Of a stretch of DNA of 64,000 bases, positions 1 through 8,954 are shown one piece after another. The notes under the pieces are model-generated. The model made no database searches. It saw nothing but the letters and a program-made list of their open reading frames with translations, and was not told where the DNA came from. This DNA comes from Paraspadella gotoi (taxonomy: Eukaryota; Animalia; Chaetognatha): NCBI GenBank assembly GCA_051294375.1, contig CM119270.1, forward strand, positions 19,603,741-19,667,740. The letters are read 5' to 3'. Positions within the stretch are counted from its first letter, which is position 1. The number at the start of each line of letters is the position of its first letter. The translations under genes were made by a program, and so were the position numbers.

Positions 1-1113
1 AAAGCTTTATAAGGGAGAAGACTGACAGAAAGAACGAAATAAAGGAAAGAAAGAAAGAAACGAAGAAAAAAGAGAGAAAAGAAAACGAGAAAAAGAGAGA
101 AAAGAAAACGAGAAAAAAGAGAGAAAAAGAAAATTAGTACAAATAAAAAAGAAAACGAGAAAGAAAGAGAGAAAAAGAAAAAACGAGAAAGAAGAAAGAA
201 AAAGAAAATGAGAAAGAAAGAGAAAAAGAGAACGAGAGAAAATTAATATTATTTTTTATTTCGTGTCGAAAATCGTTTTCCAAAATCAAACAAACAAAAT
301 CCTCGATCACAAAGTTAATTAATTAAATTACTTAATTACAAATAATTAATAATTAATTAATTACTATTTAATTTAATTACCTACTATTAAATGTTAGTTA
401 ATTTAAATTTTAAGGCAACTTTTTTTCAAAGAAGCACGCCTTTGCTGCGGCTCCTGAAAGCAGCGGAACCCCAGACACACGGCACAGCAAATCATATCTT
501 TTTGCTACTTCCATCATCGTTTTATGCCGTCACTCCTTCAGTCGTTACTCCTCACCGTCGCAATAAGTTTCCTCCATCGTTCAAAATTAATCTTCGTCCT
601 TTCTTCGATCCGATCCCTGAAGAAGGCTTAATTCTTTCTGCTCTTTCTTTCCAACCCAAGCAAAGTCAGAATTTTATTGTTGCAAAAGTTGCGTTAGGGA
701 AAAACTACCGCTATCCTAACCCTAATCCTACCCTAATCCTAATATCTATCCCTAACTAACCTTATCCCTAACCGAAACCCTAAACAATTAATCCATCGTT
801 CAAATTATCGTCGTTGTATTGAACTAAGGTTCGGAGAATGTGGCTGTCCTTGAACTTCTAACTGACTAGGCTAATCTGCGCATTTGAAGACCAGATGAAC
901 TCGGTTAGAATGGCGCAAAGAGACGATGACGCCGGTCACTTGAATGCCTGGAGATGATGACGACAAAAGTCTCGGTAGGATGACGAACTACGAAGTCCGC
1001 GGACTTGACAAAGTGTCAATTGAAGAGACAGAAATTATTATTAATGTGTTGTGACAGAACCGGTTTCAATATAAGCAGTCCGCTGAAGCTTCGGAATCAG
1101 GCTGTAACACCAA

Positions 1114-1885
1114 TGTTACAGCGGGTTTAAGCGCCCCGTCCCCTCTTTAAACTGCCAGACGACCACCGGGCTAAGAACCCCGGACCTTTGGGTTGGGAGG
1201 CGAATGACTTGCTTCCGGCACCAATGGCCGCTGATGAACGGTTGGTGGATTTTAGTCACCATACAATGATGTCTGATGCTGTGAAGCTTGTAGAGTCTGT
1301 CACAGCTTGTGAGTGTGTAGTCTGTAGTTAGCAAGAAATAAACAAGGGACTAACAAAAACATTTAGTAACAACTCAGCAAATATATATAAGTTTTAAAGT
1401 GTTTTCTTACTTGTTTCTGAAGGCCATAATAAACAAAAGAGATGCTTCTTTTCATAGAAAGTCCACCAAACAAGCGATCACACAAAACATAAGATTCCGA
1501 GATTCTGGATAAAAGAGTTTCTATGCTCTGAACGAACTAAAAACCCAGTGACAACTTTGAGATCTGAAGATACCACGTGGTCAAGAATTGATCAAGAATC
1601 AAATAGAAATTTATCGAAATCACGGGCACCCAATCAGAAATCAGCTGTACATGCCTTTCGGAAATCTGTACTAAGTATAAACAAAGAGGAGAGCCTAAGA
1701 TGTTCCGCTGCAATCGCTAGAAACGGAGGCCGCATTTTCGATGTCAGTAATAAAGAAAAAAGATCAACGGCGCGAGCAAAGGGCAGAATCACGCATTTAA
1801 TACCCTCGACCAATAGGAAAGATAGTTACCTTATGCGTAAAGGTTTTGTTTTTTGATTGATGCAGATCTGACTGAGTCATCCACA
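1114..1885 (-). mobile_element. Possible LTR of a second, unrelated or truncated element
   Basis: High-complexity 772-bp block bounded by TGT...ACA, followed on the minus strand by TTGGTG (same ACA-TTGGTG junction as the intact element's LTR/PBS). No partner LTR or coding region in the window. Confidence 0.3.
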
Positions 1886-1899
1886 AAGAAGAGACAGCA

Positions 1900-2494
1900 T
1901 GTGGATGACGCGCTAAGAAATCATTTGGCCGTGGAGGGTCATCCAATGTCAGAGAGAGTTGACGAACGTCTTGAGGATGTTTCAGAGTCGGAAGTGGCGT
2001 TGACGCTGACGCTCGTGACGCCGATAATAGTTTTGTTAAGCTCTGAGGTAGAAGTTACTGTACCCAACTTGCTTGGTTATTAATATAAAATCAAGACCTT
2101 AATAAAATAATCAAAGCATATAGATATTCCTTCTGCTTTCACTAACAAGCAATAGAAATATCTATATAGCAAATAAAGCATTGCAATCAGTTAATTATTT
2201 AATTAATAACAGATCAATGGAATAATTAATAACGAAATGGATCCTTATATGTAGAGTTGTTAATTTTGATTTGAGATGAGAGGCAAGAAGAATTTCTTGA
2301 TGAAAGCAAAACAACTGAGATTTGTTGAGATAAGTCTAAATTGGTTTGTCCTTTTGTTTGTATAAGACAAAAGGGAAACATTAACATGAGTAAGTTATAA
2401 AGGTGATTACTGAATTAATATCTTAACTACTTAAGTGGCGACATCAGCTGAGGCCCATCGATTAGGGATGGAGCATCTCTGGTTCAAATCCACA
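1900..2494 (-). repeat. 3' LTR (595 bp)
   Basis: Direct repeat of 7386-7981 with a 7-bp terminal inverted repeat TGTGGAT/ATCCACA. By eye it differs from the other LTR by ~5 single-base indels and 1 substitution. Confidence 0.97.
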
Positions 2495-2502
2495 TCCCCC
2501 CC
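2495..2502 (-). promoter_or_regulatory. Polypurine tract (plus-strand primer)
   Basis: Minus strand reads GGGGGGGA immediately before the TGTGG start of the 3' LTR. Confidence 0.85.
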
Positions 2503-2641
2503 AGACGGAAACGTAATGGTTTACGGAATACGATTGGGCTCAATCAGGTAATACTAAATGATTTGTTACAGAGATGTGATTAATTTAACTGCTGTATGTA
2601 CATATAATACATAAAAAAATAAAAATTAGAAAAGTCTTAAC

Positions 2642-5600
2642 TCATTGTTTCTCGATCAGGTGACGAAGAACGGCGTTGTAATTAGGACGAGATCTTGAGT
2701 TTATAGTTTTATAAGAGAAGTTTGTCGGTCTTGGACGCAAGACGCGCTTAGATGGTGGGCTTGGCTGACGCTGCGCTTCCGTTGGTGGCGCTTGATTTGA
2801 CGTTGGTGTCGGAGAGAACGGGGGAGCGCCAAAGGTGAGGGACGGGTCCAAATTTGAACTTTTGGAAGCTTGATCTTCCTTGTTGGCGTCGTCAACGTCA
2901 ACGGAAGTGGGCGTGGCCCCGCCAGGGAGCGTTGGAGTTTCCAGTACATTTGGCAATGTTTCGAGATGGTGTTGGAGTTGCTCCCCATCGTCGTCGAGTT
3001 CTTGTTGTTCATGAGACGGTGGCGGCTGCTGCTGCTGCTGCTGACGGAGGGTTGACGAGCGAGTTTGACGAGACGTTGGAGCCGGCTGACGGGTTCGTGG
3101 GCCAGGGCGGCGACCAGGAGGGGGAGGTGAAGGCGGTGGAGATGGTTGAGTAACTCGTTCTTCCCCGTCACTGTCTCGCCAAAGTGTCGCCGGCTTAATT
3201 CGGGAGATCGCGATCGTTTCGACGCCGCGACCGGGCATCTCCACTTTGAAGTTGAGATTGTCTCGTGATACGACTCGATACGGGCCATTATATGGTGCCG
3301 TGAGGGGAGGTTTGATTTTTGTTTGTTGGACGAATACATGCGTGGCGTCGGCCAATGTTTCGGGGAGGTAAAGACGCGGCGCTCGATGCGCTGAAGTCTC
3401 TGTAGGCTGAAGTCGCTCTACCTCGACTCGAAGGTTGTTACGGAGTTGGCGGCGTTGTTCTTGGAGACGGTCGTCATCAATCGGGGGAGGGAGAATGTCT
3501 CCTGGCACCGTAAGGCCTTCGCCGAAGACGAGTTCGGCCGGTGATGCTCCTATATCCGGCTTGATCGTCGTCCGGATCGCCAAGAGTGCCGCTGGTAATC
3601 TCCAAAACCACTTGTTAGGTTCGTCGTCGCCGAGTGCGATTAACGCTTCTTTCAGGCGCCGGTGGAAACGTTCTACGAGTCCATTTGATTGGGGATGGTA
3701 GGCTGCTGTTTTGTAATGTTTTATCCCCCATGTCTGCGTCAACTGGGTCCAGATGGCCGTCGCAAACTGGGCGCCGCGATCTGTCGTGATGGCTGCGGGG
3801 ATTCCATACTGCGCTACCCATCCGTGAGCGATGGCATCGACTACTGAGGTGGACGACATGTCCTTCATTGGGATCGCTGCCGGCCATCTCGAGAATCTAT
3901 CGACGATGGTGAGCAAGGAGCTGAAACCGTTCGAAATAGGCATAATCGTAATGTCTACATTCAGGTGGTGGAACCTTTTTGCTGGCACCTCGAACTCTCC
4001 AATGTTTGGTGTCACGTGACGGGTGACTTTTGCTCGTTGGCATGGGATACATTCTCTCGCCCAGCGGGTCGTGTCGGCTCTGAGCGACGGCCAAACAAAC
4101 TTAGCGGCGATAGTTTCTCGCGTTCTTGCGATGCCTGGGTGGCCTAAACCATGGATGGTGTCGAAAATTTTCTTTCGCCATGCTTCTGGCACGAAAGGTC
4201 TCGCTGGGCCATTCGAGATATCGACGAACAACTGCTGGTTGCCGAGGGTGACTTTCCTGAACTGCAAACCGGTTCTGGAGTCGTTGGAGAGGCGCTGGAA
4301 ATCAAGGTCCAGGGCTTGGTGGCGCGCCATTTCCTCCAAGTCGATGCCCTCTTGACCGATGGCGTTGACGGTGGTCTTGAGGTCCTGGACTTTTTCTGGA
4401 GGGATTGGTCGATCGACTGCGGCTACTGGTGGCGGATTTGGTCTTGACAAGGCGTCGGCGACTACATTGGCTTTGCCTTTGATGTGCCTGATGTCAGTGG
4501 TGAATTCAGATATCACTGAAAGTTGAAAATTATGACGAGTGGTTTGAGGCTCTGCTCGCTTATGAAGGGCATGGATCAGAGATTGATGATCTGTATATAG
4601 GGTAAATGATCTGCCTTCAAGCCAATGTCGGAAGTGTCGGACTGCCCTGAAGGCTCCATATAGTTCCCGGTCAAATGGTGGCCATCTCCGTTGTGACTCA
4701 TCGAGCTTCGCGGAGAAAAACGCGAGAGGCTCCCAGCCTTGAGGCGTTCTTTGCTCAAGTACTGCGCCCACAGCGATGTCGGAGGCGTCCGTTGTAAGTG
4801 CCAATTGGGCGTTGGTTTTTGGATGCCGGAGTAGAGCTGCATTGGCCAGTGCTTCCTTAACGGCGTTGAAGGATGTAGCACACTCCTCTGACCAATTTAG
4901 TTGCTTTGGTTTACCAGCAAGGACGTCGTAGAGAGCGGCTGCATGCTTGGCTGCATTCGGTATGAAGCGCCGGTAATAATTTACCATGCCTAAGAATCTT
5001 TGCAGTTCCTTGATGGTAGTTGGCGGATTGGTGGCGCGGATTGCCTCCACCTTTTGGGGAAGAGGCTTGACGCCGGTGGCGTCCACCAGATATCCGAGAA
5101 ATTCGAGGGATTGCTGGCCCAAAATGCATTTTTTACGGTTTACTACGAGACCGTTTTCGGCGAGAGAGTCGAAGACCAACTCGAGATCCTTCAGGTGCTC
5201 CTCTGCATCGGTGCTGGCGACGAGAATGTCATCAAGGTAGACGTAAGTATGGGGAATGTCCCCCAGTATCTCGTCCATCATTCTTTGAAAATCTTGCCCT
5301 GCGTTCTTGAGGCCAAAAGGGGTCCTCAAGAATACGAAGAGGCCGAATGGGGTAATCACCGCCGTCTTGGGCACGTCTTCGTCTGCCACCGGGATTTGGT
5401 GATAACCCTTGAGCAGGTCGATTTTTGAAAAGATTTTCTTTCCTGCGAGCTCGGCGTTGAAGTCAGCCAGTAACTTGACAGGGTACTTGTCATCCTTTGT
5501 TTTGGAGTTAAGTCTGCGGAAGTCTCCACAGCAACGCCAACCACCATCAGCTTTAGGCACACATAGGAGTGGGGACGACCATGAGCTCTTGGCTCTCTTG

Positions 5601-6226
5601 GCGATGCCCAAAGATACGAGCTTCTCCAGCTCTGCCTTAGCTACTGCGAGCTTTTCTGGGGGTAAACGACGAGCCCTTGCTTGGCAGGGGCTTCCGAAGG
5701 TTGGGATATGGTGTTTTACCCCATGCTTCGGTTCCTTAATCTCAAAGGTCGGCGTCGATAAGGCTGGATAATGGTCGAGAAGCTTATAGAAGGCGTTGTC
5801 TTTTTCGTCAATAAAATTGACTCGAGATGGTGGGCTAGCTTCAGATATATCACAAGTGATGGTCGAGAGATCGCGCAAGTCGATGAGGGTGCCGTCTCGA
5901 TGATTTGGCGCAAGATAAAACTCCGCTAGGAAATCTGCGCCTAATATATTTTGGGTGACGTCGGCTGCGACGACGTCAAATGAAAAAACTCGAGAGCCCA
6001 GTACTATGCGTCGATGGACGATGCCGTAGGAGTTGATTGGGCTCCCATTGGCCGCCTGTAGCTGAGGTCCAGTCGGGCCTGCTACTCGCTGAGCTAAAGT
6101 GGGCGGTACGAGAGAGATTAAAGCGCCGCCATCGACCAGCCATTGGCGGCCGTCGGTGGCATCCTTGACGTATAGTAGGTAGCTGTCAGGTGAATTGTCG
6201 ATATCGGCGCGGGGCACAGCGTTCAC
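2642..6226 (-). CDS. pol: Pol polyprotein: aspartic protease, reverse transcriptase, RNase H, integrase (probably made as Gag-Pol by -1 frameshift; frame is open up to 6265)
   Basis: 1194-aa ORF. Protease: LVDGGA..ILGADFL. RT: KIDLLKGYHQI, TPFGLKNAG, YLDD (5228-5239). RNase H: TDASD, YTDH, NVVADALSR. Integrase: H-x3-H..C-x2-C, D-D-E (NVDI, TDRG, GLVE) and GPY/F motif PYNGPYRV. Confidence 0.97.
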   Translation of the reverse strand: MNAVPRADIDNSPDSYLLYVKDATDGRQWLVDGGALISLVPPTLAQRVAGPTGPQLQAANGSPINSYGIVHRRIVLGSRVFSFDVVAADVTQNILGADFLAEFYLAPNHRDGTLIDLRDLSTITCDISEASPPSRVNFIDEKDNAFYKLLDHYPALSTPTFEIKEPKHGVKHHIPTFGSPCQARARRLPPEKLAVAKAELEKLVSLGIAKRAKSSWSSPLLCVPKADGGWRCCGDFRRLNSKTKDDKYPVKLLADFNAELAGKKIFSKIDLLKGYHQIPVADEDVPKTAVITPFGLFVFLRTPFGLKNAGQDFQRMMDEILGDIPHTYVYLDDILVASTDAEEHLKDLELVFDSLAENGLVVNRKKCILGQQSLEFLGYLVDATGVKPLPQKVEAIRATNPPTTIKELQRFLGMVNYYRRFIPNAAKHAAALYDVLAGKPKQLNWSEECATSFNAVKEALANAALLRHPKTNAQLALTTDASDIAVGAVLEQRTPQGWEPLAFFSAKLDESQRRWPPFDRELYGAFRAVRHFRHWLEGRSFTLYTDHQSLIHALHKRAEPQTTRHNFQLSVISEFTTDIRHIKGKANVVADALSRPNPPPVAAVDRPIPPEKVQDLKTTVNAIGQEGIDLEEMARHQALDLDFQRLSNDSRTGLQFRKVTLGNQQLFVDISNGPARPFVPEAWRKKIFDTIHGLGHPGIARTRETIAAKFVWPSLRADTTRWARECIPCQRAKVTRHVTPNIGEFEVPAKRFHHLNVDITIMPISNGFSSLLTIVDRFSRWPAAIPMKDMSSTSVVDAIAHGWVAQYGIPAAITTDRGAQFATAIWTQLTQTWGIKHYKTAAYHPQSNGLVERFHRRLKEALIALGDDEPNKWFWRLPAALLAIRTTIKPDIGASPAELVFGEGLTVPGDILPPPIDDDRLQEQRRQLRNNLRVEVERLQPTETSAHRAPRLYLPETLADATHVFVQQTKIKPPLTAPYNGPYRVVSRDNLNFKVEMPGRGVETIAISRIKPATLWRDSDGEERVTQPSPPPSPPPPGRRPGPRTRQPAPTSRQTRSSTLRQQQQQQPPPSHEQQELDDDGEQLQHHLETLPNVLETPTLPGGATPTSVDVDDANKEDQASKSSNLDPSLTFGAPPFSPTPTSNQAPPTEAQRQPSPPSKRVLRPRPTNFSYKTINSRSRPNYNAVLRHLIEKQ

Positions 6227-6253
6227 CTTCGCTGTCCCGCGGTGCCGTTTCCC
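6188..6253 (-). promoter_or_regulatory. Programmed -1 ribosomal frameshift signal (slippery heptamer plus predicted pseudoknot)
   Basis: G GGA AAC in gag phase at 6253-6247; a -1 shift enters the pol frame. A 5-nt spacer is followed by the stem CGCGGG-ACAGCG / CGCTGT-(GC)-CCCGCG. The loop AGGTGAA is complementary to downstream TTCACCT (6194-6188). Confidence 0.85.
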
Positions 6254-7326
6254 GGTTGTGCCTCTTTACGATTGCGTCGTTCGCCTTTACGGGCGCAGCC
6301 AGGCTCACATCGAAAAGCGGCGTCGCCAAATTTCAAGTGCCATCGGCATACTTGTTTCAGACGGGCGTTTGGTGGGCGGGTGAGAGTTGACGACCCACTC
6401 GGTGTGTTTGAGCGCCAGTTGTTGGTCTGTACGCGATTCCTGTCCCGGCGCTGCCCTTGGATGGCGTTGATTCCGGCGTCGTTCTCGGCGTCGGATCCTC
6501 CGCTCTCTGGCTCCTCATCATGATTGCCAATGGTAGCGGCGTTGATCGCCGAGGTTGGTGCCGCGAGAGTCGGTTGTCCTTCGGCGTCAAAGAACTTGTC
6601 GGCGGCGTCGGCGAGTTGTGACGCCGTCCAATCATCCACTTTGTCTTCGATAGAGCGCCGGATTTCGAGAGGGAGTCCTCTGATGATTGTTTCCTTCTTT
6701 ATATCATCGAGAGTGACCGTTTTTATTTTCTCCTCCAGTCGTGCGAGGTGTTGCGAGGGTCGTAGGCCGTCGCGGCCGAAACCGTCAATGATGAGCGCCG
6801 CCTGTTGGCGCCGCGTCACTCCATACTCCTTGCGGAGGTAAGCGATGAAGTTTGTCCAGTTTGCCTCGGTCGGCTCGCCGTAGAGGAAGGCATTAACTCG
6901 AGGGTTGACGTCAGCTCCGATCTTGGACTCAAGGTGGGCGAATTTTTCACTGGCGTCTTTGACGTTGGCGCGAATATATGCCGCTTCGACCCTGCGGATC
7001 CATATATCTATATTCTTAGGGTCAAAGGTCGGTAGCTCCGGTTTTTGCTTCTTTTCCAAGGCTTTAAGGGCTGCTGCGAGCGCTGAGCGCAGCGTCCCTG
7101 TTTCGTCGACGCCGGAGGCCGTCGCCATTATTCCGTTAGCGTGAGTGGGACTGTTGGCGTCGCTTGGCGCCGGAGAGAAATCGAAGATAGGCGCGCTTTG
7201 CGTGTCGAGTACGCTATTTGGAGAATTCTCTCTGGAACGGCGCCCTCGGTTGAATATCTGCGGGACAGTGAGGTTAGTCTCTTGACGAAGTCGATAGGTC
7301 TGACGAGTCTCTCTTGATTCGCTCAT
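6223..7326 (-). CDS. gag: Gag protein with CHCC zinc knuckle
   Basis: 367-aa ATG-initiated ORF just downstream of the PBS. LPTFDPKNIDIW and DGLRPSQHLARL are Gypsy capsid-like motifs. CRWHLKFGDAAFRCEPGC (6348-6295) fits C-X2-H-X9-C-X3-C. Confidence 0.93.
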   Translation of the reverse strand: MSESRETRQTYRLRQETNLTVPQIFNRGRRSRENSPNSVLDTQSAPIFDFSPAPSDANSPTHANGIMATASGVDETGTLRSALAAALKALEKKQKPELPTFDPKNIDIWIRRVEAAYIRANVKDASEKFAHLESKIGADVNPRVNAFLYGEPTEANWTNFIAYLRKEYGVTRRQQAALIIDGFGRDGLRPSQHLARLEEKIKTVTLDDIKKETIIRGLPLEIRRSIEDKVDDWTASQLADAADKFFDAEGQPTLAAPTSAINAATIGNHDEEPESGGSDAENDAGINAIQGQRRDRNRVQTNNWRSNTPSGSSTLTRPPNARLKQVCRWHLKFGDAAFRCEPGCARKGERRNRKEAQPGNGTAGQRR

Positions 7327-7370
7327 TTATGAGTTTGTCGATGGGCCGGTTGAAGGTTGGAAGAGTTTGT

Positions 7371-7384
7371 CGTTGGGTTCACCA
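7371..7384 (-). promoter_or_regulatory. Primer binding site, tRNA-Trp-like
   Basis: Minus strand TGGTGAACCCAACG, 1 nt after the LTR end. Matches 12/14 of TGGTGACCCCGACG, the recalled complement of the usual metazoan tRNA-Trp 3' end. Confidence 0.75.
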
Positions 7385-7385
7385 A

Positions 7386-7981
7386 TGTGGATGACGCGCT
7401 AAGAAATCACTTTGGCCGTGGAGGCGTCATCCAATGTCAGAGAGAGTTGACGAACGTCTTGAGGATGTTTCAGAGTCGGAAGTGGCGTTGACGCTGACGC
7501 TCGTGACGCCGATAATAGTTTTGTTAAGCTCTGAGGTAGAAGTTACTGTAACCAACTTGCTTGGTTATTAATATAAAATCAAGACCTTAATAAAATAATC
7601 AAAGCATATAGATATTCCTTCTGCTTTCACTAACAAGCAATAGAAATATCTATATAGCAAATAAAGCATTGCAATCAGTTAATTATTTAATTAATAACAG
7701 ATCAATGGAATAATTAATAACGAAATGGATCCTTATAGTAGAGTTGTTAATTTTGATTTGAGATGAGAGGCAAGAAGAATTTCTTGATGAAAGCAAAACA
7801 ACTGAGATTTGTTGAGATAAGTCTAAATTGGTTTGTCCTTTTGTTTGTATAAGACAAAAGGGAAAACATTAACATGAGTAAGTTATAAAGGTGATTACTG
7901 AATTAATATCTTAACTACTTAAGTGGCGACATCAGCTGAGCCCATCGATTAGGGATGGAGCATCTCTGGTTCAAATCCACA
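7386..7981 (-). repeat. 5' LTR (596 bp)
   Basis: Direct repeat of 1900-2494 with TG...CA termini, followed on the minus strand by the PBS and gag. Confidence 0.97.
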
Positions 7982-7985
7982 AATA

Positions 7986-7994
7986 TGATCATCG

Positions 7995-8040
<46 letters not shown>

Positions 8041-8047
8041 TATCATC
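7986..8047 (+). repeat. (CAT)n microsatellite
   Basis: Direct reading; it abuts the retrotransposon end. Confidence 0.9.
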
Positions 8048-8954
8048 GGCGAGACAGGATTTATCTTCACCTCGTGACCTCAAAACTCGCGACTCCTTGA
8101 TCTCCGATACCATTTTTAGTTTCGATAGAAACCTGCTTGTTTTGCTTACTTGTCTTGTTTTGCTTGCTCTGCTTGCTTGAATACATCTCGAAATGAATAT
8201 GGATGTACTATAAAGCCGAAAGTCAATAAGCTATGTAATATTCGAATACAACCAACTTAATTTTTTAACTCGAGTTTTTTTTGTTCCGTAAAAGAACGGT
8301 TTTTTTTTTCCTCGTGACTCTGTAGAGTTCATCGCTTTGACATCCGGGGTCGAAAATTTACAGGGTGATTCACTCCAGATAACTCGATCCTCCGTTCCTA
8401 ATCGTCTTCGGGATGAGAAGTCAAGGTTTTTCAAGTTATTCCTACGAAATGTGTAACCACTGAAACTTAAAACCAAAGATTTATGATGATTAAAAAGGTC
8501 GTTTACTTCGGTGAATCGACTCTGACGATGAGTAGTGATTTGAATTCTTTTATAAAAATGGAATCAAAGGTCAGAAGGTAGACCCGATCGCTCTGCTTAT
8601 TATTATTATTATTATTAACATTACAGGAGATACAGAGATGGAACCCGATCAGAGACTCGGGGAAAAATCACCGAAATGGCTTCCATCCGCCAGGAAACTT
8701 TACCCATGTCTCTGATCCACTTGCATTGGTATAAATAGTTGTAGTTTTTGTATCTGAATATTCTGTCCAAAATTAACACCGTCTTCTTATCTGTTTTCTA
8801 TTATTATATTATTATATATAACTAATATGCCATATGGCTCTTAAACAATATATTGTTTTCTCTTTTACTTTAGACCTCATAGATCTCCTTAACTATATAT
8901 TTTTCCACCTTCAATTAAATATTATTAATTTACTAAGTTCTAATTAATTACAAT

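Larger units (their letters stand above)
1900..7981 (-). mobile_element. Full-length Ty3/Gypsy LTR retrotransposon, CsRn1-clade-like
   Basis: Two direct repeats of ~595 bp bounded by TGTGGAT...ATCCACA. PBS next to the 7386 LTR, PPT next to the 2494 LTR end. Intact gag and pol in PR-RT-RH-IN order (Gypsy). Gag has a C-X2-H-X9-C-X3-C motif and the PBS is Trp-like, as described for CsRn1-clade elements. Confidence 0.97.

Noticed and set aside
712-785. Telomere-like CCCTAA repeats (also 19610-19745, 45057-45210)
   Set aside because: Highly degenerate, short and interstitial. They look like ordinary hexamer repeats.
1853-2083. 76-aa ORF crossing the LTR boundary
   Set aside because: Chance frame across flank and LTR; indels between the two LTRs break it in the other copy.
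2503-2641. env-like third ORF between pol and the 3' LTR
   Set aside because: Only ~140 bp separate the pol stop from the PPT, with no ORF.
2854-7144. Short antisense and off-frame ORFs inside gag/pol
   Set aside because: Expected shadows of a GC-rich coding region with no recognisable products.
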